Source: a virus (taxonomy: Duplodnaviria > Heunggongvirae > Uroviricota > Caudoviricetes). Taken from it: a DNA stretch of 64,000 nt. Of this stretch, positions 46,824-55,798 are shown in pieces. The notes under the pieces were generated by a model. The model saw only the letters and a program-made list of their open reading frames with translations. It was not told the DNA's origin and searched no databases. The position numbers were made by a program, and so were the translations under genes. The stretch spans positions 55,003-119,002 of the IMG/VR virus record IMGVR_UViG_3300021479_000008; one strand, 5' to 3'. Each line of letters starts with the position of its first letter. The stretch's first letter is position 1.

Positions 46824-47008
46824 TCGACTACCCTCACAGTCACCTCTACGGCTTTCGCCTTGGTTAGGTCCTTTACCTTCAACTGCTTTTTGGCTTGTTC
46901 CTTACTGATGTAGATATTCGTAAACAACAAATCTTCTTCATCAGAGGCGAAACGTACTACATGCTTGCAGTCTTTGTCTTGCTCTAACTTCAACGTAACG
47001 TGGGGCAT
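46820..47008 (-). CDS. hypothetical small protein
   Basis: 62 aa. Confidence 0.3.
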   Translation of the reverse strand: MPHVTLKLEQDKDCKHVVRFASDEEDLLFTNIYISKEQAKKQLKVKDLTKAKAVEVTVRVVE

Positions 47009-47211
47009 TATGTCTCCTTCTTCTTAAACTGCATTGTAATAAAAGCTTCATCTGATGATCCCAACGAAACAAACTGCAAACTGATTATATTCCAACCCTG
47101 TTTTGCATACAACGTCATAACACCAATTACTCTATCGCGGAAATGGTAATGAAAATATTCCTCTTTATTTCTTTTTAGATGTTCAATCTTATGTTCTATC
47201 TCCACTTTCAT
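47008..47211 (-). CDS. hypothetical small protein
   Basis: 67 aa. Confidence 0.3.
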   Translation of the reverse strand: MKVEIEHKIEHLKRNKEEYFHYHFRDRVIGVMTLYAKQGWNIISLQFVSLGSSDEAFITMQFKKKET

Positions 47212-47495
47212 TCTCCTATTCCTAAAACTTCTCGTTCTTTTCTGGATAGTTTCTTCAACGCTTGCTTCTTCAACTTCTTTCTTCGTTTCTCTTCTTTCTC
47301 ACGTTTGATACGTTGACGATCAATGCGATCATGCCGTTCTACCCACTTCTTTGTTTTCTTTGAGAGCTCATCCCAAAGCGTAGACCCAACTCTAGTACTG
47401 CGAATAGCTCGTGCTAATTCACATGCGGCTTGAGTTGCATTTTCTAACTCACGATATGTATCAGAGCTTGGCCATCCATCACTGCTACAAGGCAT
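47208..47495 (-). CDS. hypothetical small basic protein
   Basis: 95 aa with a Lys/Arg-rich C-terminus. Confidence 0.3.
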   Translation of the reverse strand: MPCSSDGWPSSDTYRELENATQAACELARAIRSTRVGSTLWDELSKKTKKWVERHDRIDRQRIKREKEEKRRKKLKKQALKKLSRKEREVLGIGE

Positions 47496-47791
47496 TACTT
47501 TACCTCCTTACTATCAAGATGTTCGTGTACGTTCTGGGTATGGTTGTCAATTGGATTCTTCCCTAACGCATTCTCATATATTACCTGACTAAGTGGAATC
47601 GGAACAGTTGCCCCATAACGATCCTTTATATACACTTTTAATTGTGTACATAAAGCCTCACGCGCAAATTTCTTATCTTTAGATGCAACAAACGTCTCCA
47701 ACAATGAAATCAACATCGTTGCACTATGTGCGTGAAGTGTATACTCAACTCCACCCTCTCGTATTGTACATATAACATTTGGTACATCCAT
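47495..47791 (-). CDS. hypothetical small protein
   Basis: 98 aa. Confidence 0.3.
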   Translation of the reverse strand: MDVPNVICTIREGGVEYTLHAHSATMLISLLETFVASKDKKFAREALCTQLKVYIKDRYGATVPIPLSQVIYENALGKNPIDNHTQNVHEHLDSKEVK

Positions 47792-48420
47792 TATCGTTTC
47801 CTCCGTTTGTGCTTTTTCTCCAACTCAGCTTTCAATCTTCTGTTCTCGTGTTCTACGGCTTGTACCAACTCATCGGCCGTACTGACTTGCTGTTTCATCA
47901 ACTTATTTTCTTCTTCCAACCGTTTCAACTGGGTGGTAAGAACTAGGTTTGCTTTCTTCGCACTCTGTCCCAACAAATCCAATCGCTGCCATGCATCTTC
48001 TGATTCTTGAAGGCAACCCTCTGGGAAGCGATCACCTGGGTGTAACCGTACTTCGGACAACTGACGCTTAAAGAATACAGCGACCTCTATACCGTGATAG
48101 GAAACAACCAATGCTCGTCCCAACATGTCCAGACGTTCCGTTCTCCAACCCGGAGTATTCGGCAACGTCATGGCGTGTGCTCCGGTCGTGACTGTCTTCA
48201 ACGTGCCAATGACTATTTCCCGGTCTACTTTCGACATCTGATTGATTGTTAGGACTGTATACTTGAGCTTGTCGTATACATACCCAACGTGAAAGCGTGG
48301 ACCAGCGTGGGGGCTTATCTGGTTTGTCGGACCACCAGGCTTTACTCCGGCAGCCGGACGTTTCCATTTACTCTTCTTCGGTTTCTTCTTACTCCACAAC
48401 TTAAGTTTCTTCTTTTTCAT
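47791..48420 (-). CDS. hypothetical protein (Lys-rich N-terminus, C-terminal coiled coil)
   Basis: 209 aa. Confidence 0.4.
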   Translation of the reverse strand: MKKKKLKLWSKKKPKKSKWKRPAAGVKPGGPTNQISPHAGPRFHVGYVYDKLKYTVLTINQMSKVDREIVIGTLKTVTTGAHAMTLPNTPGWRTERLDMLGRALVVSYHGIEVAVFFKRQLSEVRLHPGDRFPEGCLQESEDAWQRLDLLGQSAKKANLVLTTQLKRLEEENKLMKQQVSTADELVQAVEHENRRLKAELEKKHKRRKR

Positions 48421-48643
48421 ATTTAGCCCAATTTTTGGCGTTGATCACTTCTAACTCTTTCGACATACTCCATCCGCGTCCGTTTGTTCTATGTTGAACA
48501 GCTTTAAACTTAATGGCTTGTTTTACAGCTCTTGCCCAAGTTCCACATCGTACCACGATTATATCTGTTTCGATTACAATAGCTGCCCAACGATATCTTG
48601 ATATTTTGAATACACGAAATTTACAATAATTATCTAGACTCAT
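48401..48643 (-). CDS. hypothetical small protein
   Basis: 80 aa. Confidence 0.35.
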   Translation of the reverse strand: MSLDNYCKFRVFKISRYRWAAIVIETDIIVVRCGTWARAVKQAIKFKAVQHRTNGRGWSMSKELEVINAKNWAKYEKEET

Positions 48644-48816
48644 TCTTTTCTATCCTTTACACCGAATACGGATTCGTCGGCTTTGCGGAAGTGTTCATTC
48701 AACTCGGCTAACTGGGCAGCTATTTCCTGGAGCATGGAACACTTAAAGTCTTCGTGTGTAGCTACATATGACTCGTCTGATTCAAACTCCAACTTACGAA
48801 TCTTTTCACTTGTCAT
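48640..48816 (-). CDS. unannotated small ORF (~58 aa) with AGGAG RBS and ATGA overlaps at both ends
   Basis: Minus-sense TAGGAGCCGAAG-ATG ACA AGT GAA ... ends TGA overlapping the next ATG. It fills an otherwise empty 170-nt gap. Confidence 0.4.
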   Translation of the reverse strand: MTSEKIRKLEFESDESYVATHEDFKCSMLQEIAAQLAELNEHFRKADESVFGVKDRKE

Positions 48817-49124
48817 CTTCGGCTCCTAGGACTCAAGATTCTTTCGTTGAACTGTTCATCGGTCTCACCGACTACACGTTGATGTTTTTGACTGTACCGT
48901 TCGCATTCTGGATGGAACTTACACCCTTGTCCAAATGGATGTGATTCGTGATGACAACCACAATCACACAAGTAAGAATGCTCAATCCCACATACTGAAC
49001 ACGAATACTTGATTGGGAGTGGGTTGTACGATGCTGTTTGCCTGCGTTTACGTGGTTTGAGACGAATACTTTTCCGTTTATAGTGGTTTTGGTGGTTGGA
49101 GTGGTTTTTACGTGCTAACGGCAT
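48813..49124 (-). CDS. Cys/His-rich zinc-finger-like protein; N-terminus encoded by the 59-bp repeat
   Basis: CSVCGIEHSYLCDCGCHHESHPFGQGCKFHPEC. The N-terminal NHQNHYKRKSIRLKPRKR is encoded by repeat copy B. Confidence 0.45.
   Translation of the reverse strand: MPLARKNHSNHQNHYKRKSIRLKPRKRRQTASYNPLPIKYSCSVCGIEHSYLCDCGCHHESHPFGQGCKFHPECERYSQKHQRVVGETDEQFNERILSPRSRR
49042..49100. repeat. 59-bp element, copy B (near-identical to 27391..27449)
   Basis: See copy A. Confidence 0.7.
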
Positions 49125-50023
49125 TGTTTCTCCTTCAACTTTTGAATTGTTTTACTCAACTGAAACTCCAACTGTGCCGGGCTTACGTATACTGGGTCAA
49201 TGTGACACCACGAAAGGTTTGGATTACCAACAGGTAAAATGTAGTAAGGAGCAAGGCAACGAGGATACATAAGAAAGGTAGGTGTTTCCTGGGACGCTCC
49301 CATGTGGCTAACGCCATTGTCAATCGTCACGAGCAACGCGGCTTTCTGGAGAATTAACATTAACCGATTTAGTGGGATACCAAACATTGCATCTCCAAAC
49401 TTGTCAAAGCCATCTGGTAGTATATCTGTTGGTGCTCCAACGAAGCGGATCGGTACATCGGGAAACTCTTTCTTCAACAAACGCAACATTGGTAACCACT
49501 TTGGAACGGGAAGCATTTTATTAGGTGGGAGGCCGGGAGTATTCTTGTCACGGCTCTCACAACTGGCAGAGAACATGGAAATGATAATACAACCAGCTAA
49601 TAAACCTAATGGTTCATGTGGACCTTCCATCCATTTTCCTTGAGCGGTTGTATCTGGAATATAAATAGGCTTTACTGCTTCGTTGCCCGGTGCCAACTTT
49701 ACGCCCAACAAATCAGCATAACTTCGTGCTAGGTGCTGTTGTTTATCGCGACTTACGATGAATGCTTTGTTGACGTCGAAAACGTGTTCAAAATCGAAAG
49801 TAATTCCTTCTGGCCGATTGAATACTGTTCCGAATGTATGAATTAACGTTCCCGGATTCCACAAATCGCGTACCATACCTTCATACAAACACGCGACGTG
49901 ATCTGGAAGCGTTGACATCCACACATCAACTGGTTGTGTTTGTTGTTCTATCCATTCGCGTAATGATGGCCCAACGTAAAGGCCGTCGCCTATCAAATTG
50001 TGACTAGTAAATAATACCTTCAT
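49115..50023 (-). CDS. glycosyltransferase family 9-like (heptosyltransferase fold)
   Basis: N-terminal MKVLFTSHNLIGDGLY resembles the GT9 start (MKILIIRLSALGDVL). C-terminal LVTIDNGVSHMGASQETPTFLMY resembles GT9 ([25 protein letters not shown]). Confidence 0.55.
   Translation of the reverse strand: MKVLFTSHNLIGDGLYVGPSLREWIEQQTQPVDVWMSTLPDHVACLYEGMVRDLWNPGTLIHTFGTVFNRPEGITFDFEHVFDVNKAFIVSRDKQQHLARSYADLLGVKLAPGNEAVKPIYIPDTTAQGKWMEGPHEPLGLLAGCIIISMFSASCESRDKNTPGLPPNKMLPVPKWLPMLRLLKKEFPDVPIRFVGAPTDILPDGFDKFGDAMFGIPLNRLMLILQKAALLVTIDNGVSHMGASQETPTFLMYPRCLAPYYILPVGNPNLSWCHIDPVYVSPAQLEFQLSKTIQKLKEKQCR
49689..49700. repeat. GGTGCCAACTTT motif copy (in GT9 gene)
   Basis: Exact 12-mer on the plus strand. 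Minus-sense AAAGTTGGCACC. Confidence 0.8.
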
Positions 50024-50235
50024 TGTGCCTCCCTACACTTAAATGGTTTATGCATCTGGACACGAATCGACTGCACTATTGTCTCAACTAAAAACTGTTT
50101 ATCTTCATTTGGAAGTGTAGACCAAGAGTAATGAGCTAAACGTGTACTTGTCAACTCATTAGAAACTATAGTTTCAGCAGCACTAGTTGCTGCTATCCTA
50201 AGACGTTTGTTGAATACATTATCCGGCAATATCAT
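50020..50235 (-). CDS. hypothetical small protein
   Basis: 71 aa. Confidence 0.3.
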   Translation of the reverse strand: MILPDNVFNKRLRIAATSAAETIVSNELTSTRLAHYSWSTLPNEDKQFLVETIVQSIRVQMHKPFKCREAQ

Positions 50236-51104
50236 TTCTCCTCCTTCGCTCTACGTACTAAAGTTCTCGGCCCATCGGGCGTCATCGAATACTGGATAAG
50301 GTTGTTCAACAACACCAACACTGCTTGGTAACGTCTACTATTATTCACTATTCGTCTTCCTGTTTGATATCCCAAATTGTCTATCTCAACTTCCTGTGAA
50401 GCGGCTTCGGATAAGACTGGAAGCAACTGACATACTGCTGGCAGGACTCCTTTCGAGCGTGCTGTCTTTTTCAGGCCTACGACTAACTTCCTGTCGAATG
50501 TTAGATGCCCTTCCGCGTCTAGACTGTACGGAGCGTTTAACTTGTCGACTTGCAGGACCAATTTCTTATCTTCTACCGTGACTGGTTTGAGCATGTCTTG
50601 CAGCATCGTGATAAAGCGATCGTACTTGTCGGTCAGCTTCTCACGTCTTACGGAAAGTTTTTTCTCTTTCCGGTTGAACAAGCGATTGACTTTACTGAAC
50701 AACGGTGGTTTATATGACTTCAATACTTTCTCATAAGATACAATTGCAACAGTGTACAATGGTAATTTGGCTAATGGAGATTTTATCTCTAAAGCTCTTG
50801 AACGAGCTCGCAGCATCTCATTCAAATACCCCAACTGACCACGACTGAATCCAACACCTGATTCTTTTTTGTACTTTACGTACACGTAGGCTTTATCGTA
50901 CCAGTCCAAGGCTCTGACTAAAACCTGGATACGCTGGCCTATGTCACTGGTAAGGTATCCTTTGTAGATACGTATGAGTTCTCCACGGTGTGGTCTCTTA
51001 GGTCTTGGAGGAGCTATCGGTTTTGCTGGACGTACTCGTTTCGTTCTTGTTTTCTTGCGTAGCATACGCCTCCTCTTCTTCAAGCTCAATCCCATTTCCA
51101 ACAA
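50232..51104 (-). CDS. hypothetical protein
   Basis: 290 aa with a very basic N-terminus. The true start is possibly internal. Confidence 0.4.
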   Translation of the reverse strand: MLEMGLSLKKRRRMLRKKTRTKRVRPAKPIAPPRPKRPHRGELIRIYKGYLTSDIGQRIQVLVRALDWYDKAYVYVKYKKESGVGFSRGQLGYLNEMLRARSRALEIKSPLAKLPLYTVAIVSYEKVLKSYKPPLFSKVNRLFNRKEKKLSVRREKLTDKYDRFITMLQDMLKPVTVEDKKLVLQVDKLNAPYSLDAEGHLTFDRKLVVGLKKTARSKGVLPAVCQLLPVLSEAASQEVEIDNLGYQTGRRIVNNSRRYQAVLVLLNNLIQYSMTPDGPRTLVRRAKEEK

Positions 51105-51312
51105 AGCCGACTACAATCTTTGTCAACAACTGAATCAACTCAAAGATCGTCAACTTGTATTTCTTTTCGACAGCTGCAATCCCATCGTGCAACTCAGATT
51201 CGGCTTTACACCTACGAATATAGTTCGTATGGCGAATTGAGACTGGTACTTTTCTATCGTGCAACGTAACCTCCTTTACGCTTTCGTATCTTCTCTTCTC
51301 GTCGCAAGACAC
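50998..51312 (-). CDS. hypothetical protein (overlaps both neighbours; uncertain)
   Basis: 104 aa. Large overlaps (107 nt downstream with 50232..51104, 59 nt upstream with 51254..51658) suggest a misassigned start here or in a neighbour. Confidence 0.25.
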   Translation of the reverse strand: MSCDEKRRYESVKEVTLHDRKVPVSIRHTNYIRRCKAESELHDGIAAVEKKYKLTIFELIQLLTKIVVGFVGNGIELEEEEAYATQENKNETSTSSKTDSSSKT

Positions 51313-51658
51313 GAAGCGCTTTCTTGATTATGTCAAGCTTGATTTTTCTCTTGTACCGGAGTGCCAACTTTTCAAGCGTATATTTCTTTTTCTTTATCCG
51401 CTTGAATATACGATCGGCAGCGGCTCTCACGTCACTGGGTACATGCTTGTAACGCTTCTCACGTTTCATGTGCTTGAATACTTGTTTCGCACACTCAACG
51501 TGATACGTTACTCGCGGTTGACGTGCTGACAACTGTCTGGCGTTCTCCGGCAACTGGGCCGGCCACGGATGGTAGCCAGCTTTTGGATCGACAACAGGAG
51601 CGTCGATAATTGGTTTGTTGCATAGATCGCAAATATACCAAGTACAGAAGCGAATCAT
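51254..51658 (-). CDS. hypothetical basic protein
   Basis: 134 aa with a Lys/Arg-rich C-terminus. Confidence 0.4.
   Translation of the reverse strand: MIRFCTWYICDLCNKPIIDAPVVDPKAGYHPWPAQLPENARQLSARQPRVTYHVECAKQVFKHMKREKRYKHVPSDVRAAADRIFKRIKKKKYTLEKLALRYKRKIKLDIIKKALRVLRREEKIRKRKGGYVAR
51358..51370. repeat. GAGTGCCAACTTT motif copy (variant)
   Basis: One mismatch from the 12-mer. Confidence 0.6.
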
Positions 51659-51949
51659 TATCTCTCCTATACGTCTCGCCCAAACACACGCTTGAATACT
51701 GACGGTTGTTCCTGTTTCTTGTACTCTTGTACAAACTCGGCAAACTGGGCCAACGCTTCACGCAAGAGAACAAAGTAAGCTTCCAACTTACCGGCTTGAT
51801 TCGTTCCCAACTTACGTATCTCATCTGGTGTCATAAGACTCCTTACTGTGCCAATAATGATTGTTTAATAAACGTTTCTAGGTAAGTGATTGACTGTACC
51901 ACTACAACTACCATTACTATCAACAAGAAAAATGGTACAACGATATCTT

Positions 51950-52258
51950 TCATAGCTTTACTCCTCTCATTTGATTTTGTAATTGTTCACGTGCTCGTTC
52001 TTCGGAAAATTTTGGATGAATACCACCTTTGGAACGAAGTGTTATACGACGTTGACGTTTCTCTTCGGGTGTCATGCTATTTCTACGTTCTAGTCTTTTT
52101 GCCTGAGAGTTAACTTTATCCTGTATCTGTTCATTGGTAAGCTTCACTTTCAGTAAACACTTTTTCAACTGACGCCGCAGACGATGCGTTAATACTGGTT
52201 TATGTATCTGGAAGTCAATGCTCAACTTAAGTTTTGATTTCTTTGCACGTTTATCCAT
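51950..52258 (-). CDS. hypothetical basic protein
   Basis: 102 aa with a strong GGAGGAGT RBS. Confidence 0.4.
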   Translation of the reverse strand: MDKRAKKSKLKLSIDFQIHKPVLTHRLRRQLKKCLLKVKLTNEQIQDKVNSQAKRLERRNSMTPEEKRQRRITLRSKGGIHPKFSEERAREQLQNQMRGVKL

Positions 52259-52509
52259 ACTCCTCCTTTATTCAACTGCTCCAGCTGCACTCAGTGATTG
52301 TCCGGCGGCCTTACATGCATTCTTTCTAATCGCAGACATCGTTTTGAATGCAGCTGGCGCACTGGAATGCGCCACGTGGGTAATCAATACGAAGCTGGTA
52401 TAGTCTTCATATCTTTCATTAAACGTCCTAGGATTCGTCCCACGATAATACTATTGGGTGTGGATCTTCGTAGTCTTCATCGTCGAAGTCGAAGGTTCAC
52501 AGAGACACC

Positions 52510-52866
52510 TCACTTTTCTTTAAGCGATTTCCGTTTTGACTGATCGATTGGCTCGATTTCCTTACCCACATACTTACGGGACATTCTGGCACAAAGATGG
52601 TAGAGAATCTTCGTTGCCCCTTCGAGTACATCGGCGACTTCGGTAATGCGATCGTAGTCCTTGTCGTTGACTTCTGTGGAAGGAATTTCGGTTTGACTTT
52701 CCAACTCTCTCGCGTCTTGCTGGATCTTTACCAGTTCGGTGAGAGCATTATCCAATCGCCGGACAATCTTGTCCGCTCGGTTGAGATACTTCTTGTCTGT
52801 CTTAGCTTTCGTTTCTTTTTCTTCTGTTTCCAATTTCTCGATTGCAACAACGTTTCCAGTCTTCAT
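52510..52866 (-). CDS. hypothetical protein
   Basis: 118 aa. Follows a 243-nt non-coding gap. Confidence 0.4.
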   Translation of the reverse strand: MKTGNVVAIEKLETEEKETKAKTDKKYLNRADKIVRRLDNALTELVKIQQDARELESQTEIPSTEVNDKDYDRITEVADVLEGATKILYHLCARMSRKYVGKEIEPIDQSKRKSLKEK

Positions 52867-53123
52867 TAGTTCTCCTTTTCGGTTGTGGTTTCGGTAACTT
52901 CTGTTTCTTCTACTGCAACTAAGAGCTCATTTACATCTGGCATGTGGGTACTGATTTCTTTTGCTAGTTTGGCACGTAGTTCACGATTCTCTTTCTGCAA
53001 CTTACGTACTTTACGATTCAACGCAGCAACTTGTTCAGCATACTTAAGTTCCCAATTAACTTCTGTTTTCTTTTTTACTGCCATGTTTCCTCCTTGGGTG
53101 GTATGCATTATACATCGACTCAA
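52866..53123 (-). CDS. hypothetical coiled-coil protein
   Basis: 85 aa with a heptad-like LKYAEQVAALNRKVRKLQKENRELRAKLAKE. Confidence 0.35.
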   Translation of the reverse strand: MSRCIMHTTQGGNMAVKKKTEVNWELKYAEQVAALNRKVRKLQKENRELRAKLAKEISTHMPDVNELLVAVEETEVTETTTEKEN

Positions 53124-53310
53124 CTCCCATCAATGCACACGTTGCTAATAACTCAAAATAGTGTCGTCTAGGATCCTCGCGTAAGCTTGCCTCCTTTACT
53201 AGTGTATGAACATAATCTTTTATATACTTCCGTTTCGGTGGACGTTCCAGTTTTACTTGTAGCTGGAGTAGGTTTACTATACCGACGTGGAAAGCTTCAC
53301 GCTTTAACAT
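53056..53310 (-). CDS. hypothetical small protein
   Basis: 84 aa. Confidence 0.3.
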   Translation of the reverse strand: MLKREAFHVGIVNLLQLQVKLERPPKRKYIKDYVHTLVKEASLREDPRRHYFELLATCALMGVESMYNAYHPRRKHGSKKENRS

Positions 53311-54022
53311 TTTTCTTTCCTTGTAACTCTTCTTTCGTTATAGAGAACAACACTTCAGCTTTCGGACCACCGTGTAGCCGCCAAGTCGTTCCATCGAAAC
53401 TAGGAACAAGACCCAACATCCACAACTGTACGGCTGGACCAAATGGGTACTGCCCACGTGGATGTTTGATATACTTCCACTTTGGTATCTTAAAAAACGA
53501 TCCAATATAGGCCCACACGCTGTCCCCCACGCTGGCCCACACGCTGTCCCTCACGCTGGCCCTCACGCTGGCCCACACGCTGGCCCTCATGCTGGCCCAC
53601 ACGCTGTCCCCCACGCTGGCCCTCACGCTGGCCCTCACGCTGTCCCATTTACGAAGCAACTGAATATGTTGCTTCGTAATTACTGGGGGAGTTATCTTGA
53701 ACGGATGAACAATTTGCTTCTTTACCAAAATCTTATACAGCTTCGTTTCCCACTTCTTGTGGACTGCTAACGCAGCCTCTTTGTGTTTTCCATTGAACCA
53801 CGCAGGAGTAATAGCCTGATCGACTTTCAACTCCCATATATCTGGAGCAAGGTAATTGTTATTCTTCGGACTTATCTCAACACGGGCAAATTCCATCAAC
53901 ATAGGATCAGAAGTTTCGTCTTTGAACTTGGCCAATTCCAAAAGATCGGTGTGCGAGTCAACTCCAAACTTCCACGTGACTGCAGCGTTTCTGGCAACGA
54001 TACAACTAAAGGCATTGCACAT
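53297..54022 (-). CDS. hypothetical protein with internal (W/R)ASV tetrapeptide repeat array
   Basis: 241 aa. The central 44 aa (SVRASVRASVGDSVWASMRASVWASV...) are encoded by a 12-bp tandem repeat. Confidence 0.45.
   Translation of the reverse strand: MCNAFSCIVARNAAVTWKFGVDSHTDLLELAKFKDETSDPMLMEFARVEISPKNNNYLAPDIWELKVDQAITPAWFNGKHKEAALAVHKKWETKLYKILVKKQIVHPFKITPPVITKQHIQLLRKWDSVRASVRASVGDSVWASMRASVWASVRASVRDSVWASVGDSVWAYIGSFFKIPKWKYIKHPRGQYPFGPAVQLWMLGLVPSFDGTTWRLHGGPKAEVLFSITKEELQGKKNVKA
53481..53618. repeat. tandem 12-bp repeat array (~11 copies of cacgctggccc(a/t) / cacgctgtccc(c/t))
   Basis: Near-perfect dodecanucleotide tandem repeats within the 53297..54022 CDS. Confidence 0.8.
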
Positions 54023-54357
54023 TACTTTGCTCCTTTGAATTTCTCATTCTTTTCAATGTTCAACGAAACCTGCCGTACTCGGTTTTCTTTTTCTAACCGC
54101 CGCTCGTACGACTTCCAGCGCTTGCCCCACAGCTTCCGCGCGACAACTTCCCACTCTTGGTGCCAACTTACGTTCGTTCTCTTGAAAGATGTGTAAAGAA
54201 ATTTCCATTCACTATCTTTCGGGTTGAATACCTTAAGTTTTTGCAACTTCATTGCACGCTTGATACGCTCACACAGTTTCTTTTCTTCCGTTTGCTTACT
54301 CTTGATCTCATCGCGCAATGACTTCAACTGGGAGATAACTTCTGTGGATAGCTTCAT
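54022..54357 (-). CDS. hypothetical protein
   Basis: 111 aa. Confidence 0.35.
   Translation of the reverse strand: MKLSTEVISQLKSLRDEIKSKQTEEKKLCERIKRAMKLQKLKVFNPKDSEWKFLYTSFKRTNVSWHQEWEVVARKLWGKRWKSYERRLEKENRVRQVSLNIEKNEKFKGAK
54169..54179. repeat. GGTGCCAACTT motif copy
   Basis: 11 of 12. Confidence 0.6.
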
Positions 54358-54644
54358 AGAAATATCCCTTCAGCTGCATCTAACGCTTTCGACGTATCTT
54401 GTTCACACCACAACTCATACGCTTCTTGGGCTGCTTTTTCTTTCTGCTTGAAAATACAACGCCGTATCGCCATACGCATGGAAACATCGACAAGATGGTG
54501 GGGAAGGATAATACGCAAGACGTCTTGGAATTCTTGTTTACCAAAACGCTGGAAACAATCCATCAATGTTTCGTTAGGGGCGACGGCATAGTTCTCTGTC
54601 AACGTCGCCAGCAGCTTCTTCTCCGCAAATGTTAGAGCTGGCAT
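54354..54644 (-). CDS. hypothetical protein
   Basis: 96 aa. Promoter copy 7 and an AGGAG RBS lie upstream. Confidence 0.4.
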   Translation of the reverse strand: MPALTFAEKKLLATLTENYAVAPNETLMDCFQRFGKQEFQDVLRIILPHHLVDVSMRMAIRRCIFKQKEKAAQEAYELWCEQDTSKALDAAEGIFL

Positions 54645-54659
54645 AATTCTCCTCTCAGT

Positions 54660-54672
54660 ATATTATACAGAT
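54660..54672 (-). promoter_or_regulatory. extended -10 promoter copy 7
   Basis: Minus-sense AATCTGTATAATATACTGAGAGGAGAATT-ATG. Confidence 0.5.
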
Positions 54673-54686
54673 TTGGTTGATCGTTT

Positions 54687-54983
54687 CTACATGTGGCAAT
54701 TGTCACAATACGAAAGCGAGAAATTCACCGACTCATCTGTATCGATATGCGTGGCTGGTTCACCGCACTTGTCGCATTGGGCACGGTGTATGTTCGGGTC
54801 AGCTGGAAACAACTTGACGGCTTTCTTGTGTTGCCAGCTCGCTTCGTGTGCTTTGACTTCCTCTTTTCGCAACATATAGTTGCAGGGATCACATTCGTAT
54901 ATCTCACCACCTGGCTCTTCGTGACTGACTCCATGTGGATGACCCGGTGGGAAATTGTCCATACGACCGACTAATCTTGTCAT
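54687..54983 (-). CDS. zinc-finger-like small protein
   Basis: CDPCNYM ... CDKCGEPATH ... CDNCH. Confidence 0.4.
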   Translation of the reverse strand: MTRLVGRMDNFPPGHPHGVSHEEPGGEIYECDPCNYMLRKEEVKAHEASWQHKKAVKLFPADPNIHRAQCDKCGEPATHIDTDESVNFSLSYCDNCHM

Positions 54984-55001
54984 CTTAAGCCTCCAGTATT
55001 G

Positions 55002-55400
55002 CTAACGTTTAGGCCAAATATATGGAAGATTATCTGGAACCTTCCACTTGAATTGGCTGTAGTACAGCTTATCTTTTCTCAACAGGTTACTTCTATGCGA
55101 ACGATGAAACTTCTTGTTTCCAACAAAAGGCGGAAAACGTACCTGGGTATTGCGTGGAATAGGTATCGTATTTTTATACCCACGGTGTTTCCACTCTTGA
55201 ATCATACAACGCAGGTAGTAACGAAGAGCTGGCTGATATCCTTTCCACATTTTCACAGCTGGATGATACTGCCAGCCTTTCGATTTACCTTGCAGCACGT
55301 TAAGTATCTGCATGGCTTCGACTCGTTGTTTTCCAAGTCTTTTGTTGTCTAGACACGCGGCTGACTTTTGAAAGCTAGCATACGGAAGAAATGTCTGCAC
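55002..55400 (-). CDS. possible pyrimidine-dimer DNA glycosylase (DenV-like); weak
   Basis: The N-terminal pattern LDNKRLGKQRVEAMQIL loosely resembles Pyr_excise LADQHLMAEYREL. Remote similarity only. Confidence 0.25.
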   Translation of the reverse strand: MQTFLPYASFQKSAACLDNKRLGKQRVEAMQILNVLQGKSKGWQYHPAVKMWKGYQPALRYYLRCMIQEWKHRGYKNTIPIPRNTQVRFPPFVGNKKFHRSHRSNLLRKDKLYYSQFKWKVPDNLPYIWPKR

Positions 55401-55798
55401 TAAGCCTCCAGAATGTCTTCGAACGTTTGTTGTTCCGGTACACGTTTACTAGAACGTTTTGGCAAAGGAGCGGGAACGTCTTGGTGCTCGTTTGCTATTT
55501 CGACTAACTGCTTAACGTATTTCTTCAATTTCTTTGCTACTATTTTCGTTTGTGCTGGAGTAAGGTTCTTGTACTTGAGAGACTTTTGTGCTACGTCGGT
55601 TAGAAAGTTCCCGTCGTAGCCATTGAATCCCATTCCATTGTCAACGATTGTGGCTTGTACTTCCTTCTCCATACTCGTCTGACGCTTGTACAAGCCCTGT
55701 AACATCTTCCAGATGATCTTGGAGTGTGGATAACCGTTTAGCTTACCTTCCGGTTTCTCCAAGACCATCCGGATGCGTTCTGCGTCGAAGTGGATCAT
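55400..55798 (-). CDS. hypothetical protein
   Basis: 132 aa. Confidence 0.4.
   Translation of the reverse strand: MIHFDAERIRMVLEKPEGKLNGYPHSKIIWKMLQGLYKRQTSMEKEVQATIVDNGMGFNGYDGNFLTDVAQKSLKYKNLTPAQTKIVAKKLKKYVKQLVEIANEHQDVPAPLPKRSSKRVPEQQTFEDILEA

Noticed and set aside
53462-53770. Plus-strand ORF encoding HAGP/HAVP repeats as the real product of the 12-bp repeat array
   Set aside because: It is a short plus-strand ORF confined to the repeat. The minus-strand ORF is longer, flanked by non-repeat sequence and co-oriented with every other gene. Coding strand not strictly proven.
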